The notes under the pieces are model-generated. The model worked only from the letters and a program-made list of their open reading frames with translations. It ran no database searches and was not told where the DNA came from. Below are positions 1 to 10,949 of a stretch of 64,000 nt of DNA, piece after piece. The DNA lies in NCBI GenBank assembly GCA_036172245.1, contig JAYWIR010000048.1:868001-932000 (forward strand). The letters run 5' to 3'. The stretch is from Raillietiella orientalis (Eukaryota). The position numbers and the translations under genes were made by a program. Positions within the stretch are counted from its first letter, which is position 1. The number at the start of each line of letters is the position of its first letter.

Positions 1-270
1 TGGGTTTCCCTGATGATGCCCTTGGAACAAGAAATAAAGAGCGGCTCCTTCCGGGGGTTCCTTCTCAGACAACTAGTGCGAGGATTCCCTCTCAAGAGCA
101 AGAAAGGAACGGACTCCTTCCTCCGGAGGCTTTCTGGATTCATAAGGTGGTCCCTCTGGGGTTACCCCCTAACTTGAAAGAATTAACATGCGACCTCGGG
201 CGGCATGATCAGCGTTAAGGAGCTTCGTAAACTCTCTCTGAGACGAACGGTTCTTCAGCACTCTGCGGAA
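1..270 (+). mobile_element. tRNA-derived SINE, 3' part (cut by window edge)
   Basis: Matches the 3' half of the copies at 2645, 16245, 30222, 50333 and 57704 (ggattcataaggtggtcccct...cctaacttgaaag...cagcgttaaggagcttcg...cgaacggttcttcagcact). Confidence 0.75.
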
Positions 271-1099
271 ACCCCCCTCCCCTTCCCCCAAAAGAGATAC
301 ATTTGGATTATGTATAAGGAAAGCTACGGAGGTTAATGCTAAAGACAAATGTGGTTAGTATGTATTACGTCATTAGTTATAATAACTGTGAGATGATCCA
401 GTTTTTTTTTCCATAAAATAAAAAAATGCGCGTCTCTCTGGAGATGAGGATGCAAAGGAAATCCTCGGAGAATTCCGAAGCTCACGATAAGCCGGAAGAA
501 TCCATTGCTCAAAGAGTTGTGATTCGGGAATGGAGGCGCGTCTCCTAATGATCACGCTGCTTCTTCCGTGAGATGCTTTTCCACTGCTGCGTCCTATTTA
601 TTTTCATTGGGTCCAGTAAATCCGGGGTACGGGAAGCCCTCGAGCAAAAAAAGCACTCCGTCGCAGGGAATCCGTGCCAAGTCGCTACGGCTAGGTCAAG
701 CGGATGCCATTTCGTTTTTGTTTTCGTTCGGGGCTCAAAGTGCGCCCTCGCGCTGGAGCCAAAATTGCCCCAAGTGCCCTGGAGGGTTCTTCTGATCGAT
801 GCGCCCGGAACTCGAGTGCGAAAGGAACTTTTCAGATGCGATGCCGAACGCAAGGAGCAAGGAGCGACGTAGAAGGGTGTTGCGACACCACTTACTCAGA
901 GGGCGCCGGACCGGAACAGCATGGAAGTGCGAGGTGGCAAATGCCGAAATTTATCATCTCCACGCCAACCGAACGGAAATTCGAAGAGGAAAACGAAAAC
1001 CGGAACTTATCTTTTCCACTGTGAGCAGCTAAGGAACGGAGTTCCGACCGTTGCCTGGAAATGCCGCCACTGCTGAGCGTGCCGCGGAGATGCCTCCCG

Positions 1100-2430
1100 G
1101 AGTAGGAAATTCCACATCTTCGGTTCGCAAGGATCGATCCGAATCGCTCGAAGTCCTCTTCGGCTCCCATATCGCCGTTTCTGTCGACGCTGGCGCTATC
1201 ATATCGCGTCATCTCACGCTCCCGTTTTGAAAAATGACTCCTTGCGGAGCAGCATCCAGCCATCCCGCACGCACCGGAAGGAGCAGCAAAGCACAGTTCT
1301 TTGACACTGCGAGCTCAGCAAAGAACGGAACAGAACTGTTGATGAAGACCGCCTCGCTTCGAATCTCCATGGATACCACGAAAGTTGAAGTATCAGTCCA
1401 AAGGCACAGGCGAAGTTGGAATGATTGCAAGAACGAAGATGTTTCGGACCCAAAACGTGTGCGTCTTTGAGAGTAGGGAAATCGCATTTTTCAAGTTGGC
1501 AGGACCGAACGAGATACGGGCACTTGGAGTTCGACAAGGAATCAATCAAATGACGGGAACCCGGTCGTTTCCGGTCACGTCCGCCTCGGTGGATGATGCC
1601 ATTCCATGCCGGGTGCTGCTTGCAACCTCTGGCTTAAAATTCATCAAGCTAAATGCTAGAGCAATCAGGAAACTGGATTTCCCCTACTTAATAGGTCTGC
1701 TATCAGAACATCCCTTGATTCGCTATCAGAAAAGCGAACAAAGGGTGCAGAGGAACCATTCTCGACTGATTGATTGAAAATCGAAACAGATATTTCATGA
1801 GTAGATTATGGTGTTGTTGATAAAGACATCCACACAGGCAGTCGTTATTTAAAGGGCCTTCCCTTCCCCTCCCACTTTTCGTGGCAATCAGTGAGTCTTT
1901 TCCCAGGTTGGGAACGACAGAAATCACAAAGAAGGGATGCATTCCACCGTACGTTTGACCCTTTCCTTTGCGGATCCACTCCGTTCGGATAACCGAGCGT
2001 CCTGAGAACATTCTGGAATCGTCAGCTCCCCGCAGCTTTCGCTCTGTGCAAACAAGATGGAAGGAATGATGACTGACCTTTGCGATTGGTTTTCACACGT
2101 GAAGCACACGGATCGAAGGACTAAGAGTAATTCTGTTGGATTGTACCGTATTCTATTCGAGTTCCTTCCCCCTTCACCCACCGAAGCTTTCTTCGCTTCC
2201 GCGCGCTCATTAAGGTTCATTGGGATGCTGAGACAACATGCGAGTACAAATGAATATTCATGGAGCATGATGCAGCAGCACAACAACGAAAAAGTCCTTG
2301 ATGCTGCACCGTGGCGCCACTTGTAAGGATGCAGAAAACACGCTGAGCATCGGAGAGATGGAGGGCCGCTTGGAGGAAAGTCGCGAGGCTGCGACGCCGT
2401 GGTTTGCATCTTGGAACCGTGTCATAAGAG
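1100..2430 (+). mobile_element. Decayed piggyBac-family transposase
   Basis: Motifs in order across frames: RTVDEDRL (~1335, first catalytic D); YQSKGTGEVGM (resembles KP.KYG); NKMEGMMTDLCDW...RRTK (~2055, resembles YN..MGGVD..D...R.T.RW); C-terminal CDAVVCILEPCH (~2390, Cys-rich domain). Confidence 0.6.
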
Positions 2431-2644
2431 CTTAAGCTGCCTGTCCAAGTGCCTCGCTGAAATATTAGGTGGCTGATGAGTGGGAGCTGGGTTGCTCCCA
2501 GCGTGACGACGATCCGGGTTCTGTGAGAAATTGTGATTTTTCTTTTTTCTTTGTTTTTTTTTAATTTCATCCTCGTTGGTTCAGAGTCTCATTTGTTGAG
2601 GGAGCAGTCTCGGTGACCAGCGAGATTTCCTCCCTAAGCAAGGA

Positions 2645-3389
2645 GCCCGCTGGCAGCCGTGCGGCTGCCATCTCCTACGCGCGCGGCACCAAGTAGTTCA
2701 GGGTTCGAATCTCTCCTGGGGAGGGACCGACGCCGAGAAAGGGGTACGCCGTGGGTCTCCAGTGCTCCTCCCCTCCCCCTCAGAATGGCACCGGCTGGCT
2801 CACGGGCTTCTTGCGCTGCACTGTTTCCAGGAAGCTGGAAAGCCCCTGATGCCCCCGTTGACTGACCAGAAAGCTGACCCAAGAATCGAGGAGCCCTCCA
2901 GGATTCTCATCCGGTTGTGAAAATAGAGCTGTCCCTCTTCCCCTCCCTCCTCGTGGGGTGGCCCTCCATCGCTTACCGTGCAGCTGGTGGATTGATTGGA
3001 ACCTCTCCGGAGTGTGAAGAAGCTCTCTGGTCCCTTCGGGAGTGACCCTCCAGAGAAAATTCGGATTCCGGGGTCCTCTTCAAAGGAGGAAACAAGGAGA
3101 AGATCTCTCCGGAGAAGAAATTCAGGAGCCGATCCTTTCCGGGTTCATCTTTGGAGAAGGGCAATGAGGAACGGCCCCTTTCTGGGTTTCGTTCCAAGAG
3201 AAGAGGAACGGACTTTTTCCTCTGGGGCTCTTCCGGGATTCATAGGGTGGTTCATCCGGGGTCGCCCTTTATAACTTGAAGAGTTACGCGCAGCCTTGGT
3301 TCGCATGGACAGCGTTAAAGAGCTTCGCAACTACCCTCCCTCCCTAAGGAGGCGAACAATTCTTCAGCACCTGGTGAACCAAAAAAAAA
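2645..3389 (+). mobile_element. tRNA-derived SINE, near full length
   Basis: Pol III B-box GGGTTCGAATCT at ~2701 and an A-box-like 5' head. The body is homologous to the other copies and ends in cagcacctggtgaacc(A)9. Confidence 0.85.
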
Positions 3390-5559
3390 GGGGAACCGGA
3401 AGAAAGGAAGAAAGAAGGAAGGCTGGAAGGAAGCATAGAAAATAAAAAAATCCAAAGGGATTCCCAGGAAATCGGCACAGGCATACATTCTTCACGGCGC
3501 GTGTGCTCTTCGAATTCTTCGGAGCAGCGGTCAGTCGCCTGTGACGGGACCTCCCGTTCCTCCCTTCCCCCCTGCTTCTTGGAAGCGAGCGCGCCTTCGG
3601 GGAGAGCGTCGCTGGGGGGAGGAGCGTGACGAAACTCCTGTCCCCCCTCCCGACTCCGTGGCAGGGAACACCTGCGTTCCCGGAGGAAACCCCCTGCTGG
3701 CAGCACAGATTTCCACCTCCCTCCCGGCTCGCGTCTGTCCGCGACGGAAGCTGCCAAGGACGAGAAGGGAGGGGCCGAGTGAGCGCACACGACCCACCCA
3801 GCTCTGCCCCCCTATATTTCTGCGCAGACTCCCGGTAGCTCCCATGCCGTCGTGAAATCGTGATTGTGAATGACCTTGTTAGGATGCGAACAGCACAATG
3901 GGATGCCTCGCCATAATGCTTGCCGAGGATTATTTTCACAACAAAGACATCAATATCAGAGAAAATATTTCGCCATAAAAATATTAAATATTACCCCACT
4001 GAGTGCTATGGACGCATAGATGCTCTACCAGCGTGCGCCGTGGACACGCAGCCATGCGTCTGGCAAATGTTTTTGCCTCATACACACGACACGACACTAT
4101 CAGTGTCTGAGATGGACGCAAACACTTGCGCTCTTACGATTCCCTTAGCAGTGAACGAAATTTCATTATATTGTACCAAACCCCAATGAATCCTCGATTT
4201 TATTGGAGCCATAATGATAATTTTCGAATAAAAAATTACTTTTCCGGGGGAAACGCAAATATTTCATTCCATGTGGTGCAAACAGGCAGTTGCAATAGCA
4301 ACTTTAATCAGCACTTTGTGTGGTCAGTTGGTACCTCTGATAGCCTACGCGGTACGCGGGAAAAAGCGTGCCGTCCGCAGAGGTCGACACTGAGACTCGC
4401 GTGCCGTCGACACGGAACGTTTCAATGTGATGAGCTCCGCACCCAAAGGGTTGAACACACGGTGTTTTTCGGTTTTTCAGGAGTAGACCGCACGTCTAAT
4501 GTTCGGTTGTTCGCACAGGAACCGAAGGCTGCACATCCTGCCGTTCCCCTGCAGACTTCGGCAACGAATATTGATGGAATCAACGGGATGCAAATCCCGA
4601 GCGCGATGGAGAGAGATTCATAAGATGGGGGAAGGAAGCTGCCACAGCGTTTAATTAAAATGGCGGCTTGTTCCGCAACCACTGCTCGACCCCGTTTTCT
4701 TTCTTTCGAACGCCGGATTTCCCAGTTCCGGTTTCACTTTCCATTCGGGGTTCCTTGCCTAATCCTGTTCATCGCCCTTCTCTCTCCCGGACGCATTGCG
4801 GGCAAACCGTTCGATTTTCGTTTTGGCTTCCCTTGCGTGCACTAAATGACCGCTGCCTTCTACCACCCACCCACTTCTGGAGAGTTGTTCACTCGACTCC
4901 GAGGTGAATCCATAGGTATCGCCCGTGGCATTGCTTGCTCTTGAAGAGCGCACTGAAAGACTCCGACACTGGAGTATCATCTCGGGGTCATTTCCATCTT
5001 TGAGCCTCTCTTTGACCATCTTTTAGCTGGTCTGGTTTCATGGGTATGTAGATCTTCAACGGGTTCTTCGTATCGTCCCTTGATCCACTGTGAACAGCTC
5101 CAGAATTGGCTTTCGGGAAGCGGGGGAGTTGATTTTCAGTGTTTCCAGTGTCTGGAGACTTTGGTGCACTTCATCTTTCCTGCTTGGTCATCGAGATTTT
5201 CCTATGCTTCTGTTCCGCACCGTTGTCCGGTGCCGTATGTTTGGGACTGTCCTTCCCTAATTATGAAAGCACTGTGACCCATATGCCTCAGATGACAGAT
5301 TGGTCTCCGTTGCTTGAAGAGAGGTGCCAAAGATCAATTCACCTAGCAACATAGTATTGGAAAGGTTCTCATTTTCAGGTTCAGCGTTTCCTCTCGTCAC
5401 GTCTGGGGTTTCCAATGAGTATTTCCGCTCCTCACCCATCGCAAGTTTTTCAGCACTTGAGATGTTTTTTTTTTTTTCTTCATCCTTTCGTTTTCCCATT
5501 TCCTTTTTCCACCAAAGTTTCCTCCGATGACCGCAATGCTGCCGTCTTGAAAATGGATA

Positions 5560-6040
5560 ATGGCAGCTGCCTCCAGGTTTTCCCATCGAACAATCTGAAT
5601 CGTAGTGCAAAGCGCAGCAGCCCTTGCGAACCCGGAAGCCTTCTCGAACGTTCCAGTGTTCTGTCCGAGGATTCAAGCGTTTCACGTGCACGAGCGCACC
5701 AAACCTTTCCTGGAATGCCCGCCTTTGAAATTGAAGCACGTGGTACGTCCTCAAAGCTTCAGGAAGAACGCGCGCCTTTCTGAAAAAGGAAAAACAGGAG
5801 AGGGGCGCCCGTGAAGTTCTGGAAAGGGAAAAGGGAAATCGGCTCGGTTTATTCCCGTCCGGTGGAGACAGGAATTGAAAATCTGTGGCAGACCCAAAGA
5901 AGGCAGCTCCGCTTCCGATTAGAAAAGCGCCATCGCCCTAATTGCAAGACCTCGCCCTTCCTCAAGTGAAAACCGAGGTGCAAAGCAAAGATACTTTGAG
6001 ATGGAAATTCATGATAGGCAAGTAGAAAAGGTGACCACGA
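5560..6040 (-). mobile_element. Possible piggyBac transposase fragment
   Basis: Minus strand reads VSLLCTS, AGIPGK (resembles NR.G+P) and IVRWENLEAAAII (resembles ++W.D...V.++ST), in the expected order. Weak. Confidence 0.25.
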
Positions 6041-6899
6041 AGTTGGGGCACTATGGGGTCTTCTTTTTCGGATTCGAAATCCGCAAATGGCCGCCTCGAA
6101 TCTTTTTCGTAGGAAGTTTTTCCGTAGAGCGGGGGTTGGCCACTTGCACCACTCTTAGTGGGAGACCGCAGTCCTCGTGATCTTGAAATTCGATCGATAC
6201 CTGAAAAAGAGGTCCTGGTAGTACGCCACTTCCGTCAGCGGCATCAGTGAACGCAAAACGGAGGGGGAAATTGAGAAAGGACTCTGCTGCACCCCCTCGT
6301 CCTACGTCTTCGATTCCTTTCCAGATCCAGCTGCACTCTCTGGACTCACCTTGGGCGAGGGAGCAGCTTCTGCTTAGCATTCCGAGATAGCAGGTTCGAG
6401 TCTCTGCTTCTTCCTGCAAAGAAATTCGCATTCAGGAGAGAGGAGACACGACAAGAGGAAACTACGGTTCGTCAAAATCACCTTCCAGGTCACCTTTTGC
6501 TTATAGGGTGACTTCTCCGGATTTCCTTGGGATTTCTCAAATGGAAGCCATAATCGTGGTGGTTGCCCTCATCGTGCTTCTTTTAAACCACCTGCAACTT
6601 TTGCAACGAGAGGTGATTTCACAGAGAGATGATTTCTCCTAAGAAAATGCTTAGTTTTTGCACTCTATCTGTAACTCTTCCGCTCTCTGGACATGGCCCA
6701 TCGTCGACTCCCATTACTCGATTTTTTCTGCTCCGTTAGGACAGATCGCAAGCGCATCTTTCACAAGTGTATGGGAATCCTCTGAGAGGTGAGATGCGTC
6801 GAGAGAATCAGCTGTTCGATCAACATCAGTTGGGATGCCGCTGGGAAGGAATTATTGAACGAAGCACAGAGTTGAATCGATTGCGATTCGCCTTAACGA

Positions 6900-9890
6900 A
6901 GGCCGTTGTTTGGAATGACCAATGAGGATATCCGATTTCATCTTTTTTTGGCTTTGCAATTTATCTTTGCAGACTTCGCCCTCACGGCATTTCATGCAGA
7001 TGCACGCCACTGAACTCGGTGCCATCCTTTGGTACTGCTAACAGATGCGAAAGATGGTACTCCAGCACTACTTACTCGCAGTAAGAACAAGGAGAGTTCA
7101 CTCGGCAGCTAACCAACCAATTCACCGAGGAGTTGCTTACGGATGCTGAACTTCCAGCATCTTCATGGCAAGAGTCGAGGAATAAGCATCGATACCATGA
7201 AAACCAAAATGTGAGGTACGAAGAATTTTACGGCAAAATCCTTAGCACTTCTGGTATTATCCCTTCCAGCTGATCTCTTGTTATTCTTCTCCGGACTTTA
7301 GGAGAATGAAATTTCATGAGGAATGCTTGTATTTCTTTCTCTGGACGTCTGCATCAAGCTAAGGATGTTGATCACTGATCACTGATTCCTCGAAAGCAGT
7401 CGTCACACAGCCTCAGGAGCAATGAAGTACTCCATCTTCTCTGACTTTCTTCTCAGCCCAGACTTTCATTTGCAACCTCCTAGGAGGCATCTGCTTGTTC
7501 ACTTTCGGTGCATACGATAAATGTAGAGGTGGATCCTCCATAATTTTCACCATATCCTTATCTTATAGATGCATCTCTCACAACCGTTCATCCGGAATAG
7601 TGACCTCAATTGTGTACCCAGTACATGTACTGGCTATGCTGTATGCTGGAACGCACCACCCTCTTCGTGTTTTCTGCCCGTAAGCCAGGCATTCCAAGTC
7701 CTCTAAGCACTCTGTTCACCCTCCAGTTTCCATTTCCCAACCATCTTACCAGTAGAGTGCTCTTGATGAGGTCAGTACTCTTCTGTTCCTGAAGGAAAGG
7801 AGCGGTACTTTCCTGCATTCGGCCTCCCATCCTTGTCGCACCTCTTTCAACGCTGCTGTCGCGTTCCCACATGGACTTTGAGTTTCACGTCTTCACTTTC
7901 TTTCTGTAATTGGCTGAGGTGCAGTTCCAACGTCTTTTCAAGTGTCCAGTGAGCGAAGTATGAAGTGGCCTTCTGTTCCACGAACAGCACAAAGAATTTT
8001 CGGAGCTGCTGCAAACACATGTGGTAAGCTTTCAGAGTTGCCATCTGCTGAGCAAGAGAAAGTATATGTACATGTAGTGTTTCTCTGTGCTTTTTTCTTG
8101 GATGAAGAGATGAAAAATCCGGGTGTTTTCGAGGTTCCTGTCGGAACACGAGTTTCTACCGTTTTTCAGTTACACAGCATCCTTCAGCGATCTCATGAAA
8201 ACCCCAAAGACGAAAAGCTAATCCACATTGTCTCCCTTAACCTACTTGTTGTGTATTGGGTGATGTGCTGTTTGTTGGATTCATATTGGAAGGTCCAGAG
8301 TAATTTTTTGTCATCACCCTTGCGGATACAAGACACTACATGAAGGCGAGCCACGAATTTCGATGCCCATCCCGGACAGTTCCCACCATCATCACGTGAT
8401 GTTTCACTACAGTAGATAGAACTACTCCAGTTCACATCCGTCCTTCACCTCGGACAAGCACTCTGAGTGTCACATTCTCCTGCACTCTTCACGGACTTCC
8501 CCTTGCATTTTCCAGAGCATACAGCCATCGAAGACGCAGCTCTCACTCAATCCCTGATTCTGAAGGGCCTACCGGGTTGCAGCGCAGTAAGGTCAACAGC
8601 AACGCCTTCTTCCGAATCGGACTCGGTTGAAGCATGTTGAAAAGTGATTCGGGACGTTTCTGTTCCCATAGTGATTCGCACTGCACTCGAGAGTAGCTTC
8701 CGCGTAGCTGACTTTGATTTTGTTTCCAAGATGCATCCCTTTCCGTGCCAAATATTTATAGTTCCTTTTCTTCCTCCGAATCAAAGGAAGCAGGAAACGC
8801 AGAAATTCTAGTTCTTTCCAGATAGAGTGGTGGCTTCGTGGTAAAGGAGCGCCAGCCCTGTTGGCAGGGAGACCAAAGAGAACGCGCCTGGGGAACTACG
8901 CTGCACGACGGCGCGTGGTCATCCTACAGCAAAACAGTTCTTTCTCACCACGAGGAAGGATTTTCCTGCGAGTGAAAAAAATCCCGGAGCAAGAAGTTGC
9001 TGTGCGTAACCCTTGATAAATGATCTTGATGATCCATACCAGTCCTTGACATTCCCTCCTCTAGAGAAAAGACTGTGGCAGGAAGAATGTGAAAGCTTGA
9101 TTTCCGAAGTCCAGCAGGCTGCAGATTAGAGACCTGCAAAGGATGCTAGAAGTTCCTCTGTTCCAGGATCTTTCGAGGCCATTCGAATCAGTCGCAGAAG
9201 CTCTATGAAAACGACGATGTGGTCAGTGGGATGAGGAGCTATCGGAAGCAGAATGTCTTTTTGTCTTTGCTGTCACGTGACAGTGATGCAGGTGATAAGT
9301 GGCTGCAAAAACGATGGCCTCCTCGTTCATTCCGTCATTCCTCCCAAAGCATAAATACTTCTAGAGATACCGCTTCTATGGTTTTCATGGTTTCTATAGA
9401 AGACCAGTGTTTCCAATAGTTTTAACAGGCATGAAGAGGCCAAAATTCCTGGATATTCCCTTCCCTTTTAATAGTTCTCGGTTGACCAGCAAGAAGTTGC
9501 AGAACTCATGGGAATTAGATACATCCTGTGGAACGGGAAGCCGTAAGAGGAATAAGAGGACAGTATGATCATTCATTCCTCGGTATCATAAACTTTTGTA
9601 GACCTTATGCTTTGACCTACTTTGATCTTAGTCAAAAGGGCGAAAAGCGATGGAACCTTTTGAAGGTTCCATTTTGATCTGGGTAATCTGGTAACCTGCC
9701 TGACTGGCATAAAGCTTCTCTATTTCTTTTGCCCTCTGATTTATTATTAGAATAGAAGGAAGGGGCATGACCATCTAGAATGATAGACTCCGTGCTGCAG
9801 GTAAATTTTACGAACTTATTCTCTCTGCTGGTCGACATTTCGTCTTCTTCTCTTAGAGGAGATTTGACACTAGAGATTTGCATTCGAGGA
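6900..9890 (-). pseudogene. Candidate endogenous viral element: decayed bunyavirus-like L protein (RdRp)
   Basis: Minus strand, across frameshifts: motif F FFSLAGK..RGEKELFCCRMTTR (8981-8911); motif A RDASWKQN (8740-8717); motif B GNCPGWASKFVARLH (8384-8340); motif C FSSLGFS*D (8216-8190); motifs D/E HMCLQQLRKFFVLFVEQKATSYF (~8024-7956); then SSVERGA, WLGNG..VLRGLG and EKEIQAFLMKFHSPKV (~7341-7294). The order and approximate spacing match bunyaviral L. The core is 7230-8990; the outer limits are inferred from composition. Confidence 0.6.
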
Positions 9891-10949
9891 ATCGCGTAAG
9901 AAAGAACAGATGCTGTTGAAGAGCGTAAATCTGTTGAAGAAAGCGTTTAGAGAAGCAAAAATGCACGCACACCTTCACTTCCGGGAAAGAAAACGACGCC
10001 GAAGTGCCTCTCTTGTGAGTGCGTCGAAGTTTATGAAGACATGCAAAATGCCTTTCGCATGAGTTCTACCGGACAGCAGCAAGAGAAACAGAATCGGCCT
10101 GGACAAACTCCTGCAGCATGTGTTTCCGTTTGAGTTGCCCCTATGATCAACGACTTCTTAATTGCTCGATGGGAGAGTTCTTGACCGCTTCGTCTCCGAT
10201 TCCATCCATCTGCGACCTGCAGAAATGTCGCTCAAAGAAGATCGTGGGCGTGGAAGCAGCTCAAAACCCGCATTTTCCCTCTTAGTTTCGCGGCCTTTTT
10301 TTTCTCTTCGCTTCCTTCGCCTATCTGATGTTAAAAATCATCTGACGGTGCCCTTGATCTCCTAGGTCATCATGAGTGCATGATCCATTGAACAAATATC
10401 TCGGTAATTCGGTACGAAACGATACTTTTAGCCTGATGGAGACTGGTTAACACGAGGCGGTGTTCAGTGCCACGCACAAGGAGCACCACTTTCGTTTCTT
10501 GCAGCCTCGACAAGGAACCGCTGGAGAAACCACTCGGCGCTAATCGAGCTCATGGTGGAGTCCCTCGAAGTCCCCTTTCTATGCTCCAACCACCCGATCT
10601 TTGGATGCTGGATCTCTTCCCCCTTTTCGATAATCCAGAGGACACCTCCAGCAAAACTCGAGTCAGTTCTGAAAGAAAAGTGGCCATTGAATCGGGAAGC
10701 TTCTTGCTTTCATTTTCCTTTCTCGAAGCGTATCCCGAAGCGTTGATAACGAATTCATCTGTCAGGCTGTCTTGCTGATGGATCGTGCGACGTCGTATTG
10801 AAGGCGTCGCATCTTCGATGGACCACTTTTATCTCTTCCTCGCCGTTTCCGCTATGCACGATGAATGCCTGGCGGAGAGTACAGCAAGTGACGATGAAGG
10901 ATTCTGTCTCATCTTTATCTTCGGTTCACGTGTCCGTGAGGCCTTTGGG

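Noticed and set aside
1..30. CTGATGA hammerhead-like core in a SINE copy
   Set aside because: Not conserved in the other SINE copies, and no matching stems or GAAA were seen.
400..560. hAT dimerisation-like peptide (W..PAYREL...SSSPERRAF); similar hints at 13950-14800 and 34440-34850
   Set aside because: Single weak motifs only, which is not enough to list as features.
4010..4055. A-box-like ggcgcacgctggtagagca on the minus strand
   Set aside because: No B-box or tRNA fold follows.
8370..8440. Tc1-like W..I.SDE...DGP.GW reading, and ETSRDD as RdRp motif C
   Set aside because: No other Tc1 motifs are nearby. The segment fits better as the lead-in to RdRp motif B given the spacing of the flanking motifs.
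9030..9350. Alternative RdRp motif F (ERGGHR) and motif A (NVKDWYG) assignments
   Set aside because: They would place motif A ~220 codons from motif B. The 8981-8911 and 8740-8717 assignments give better spacing.
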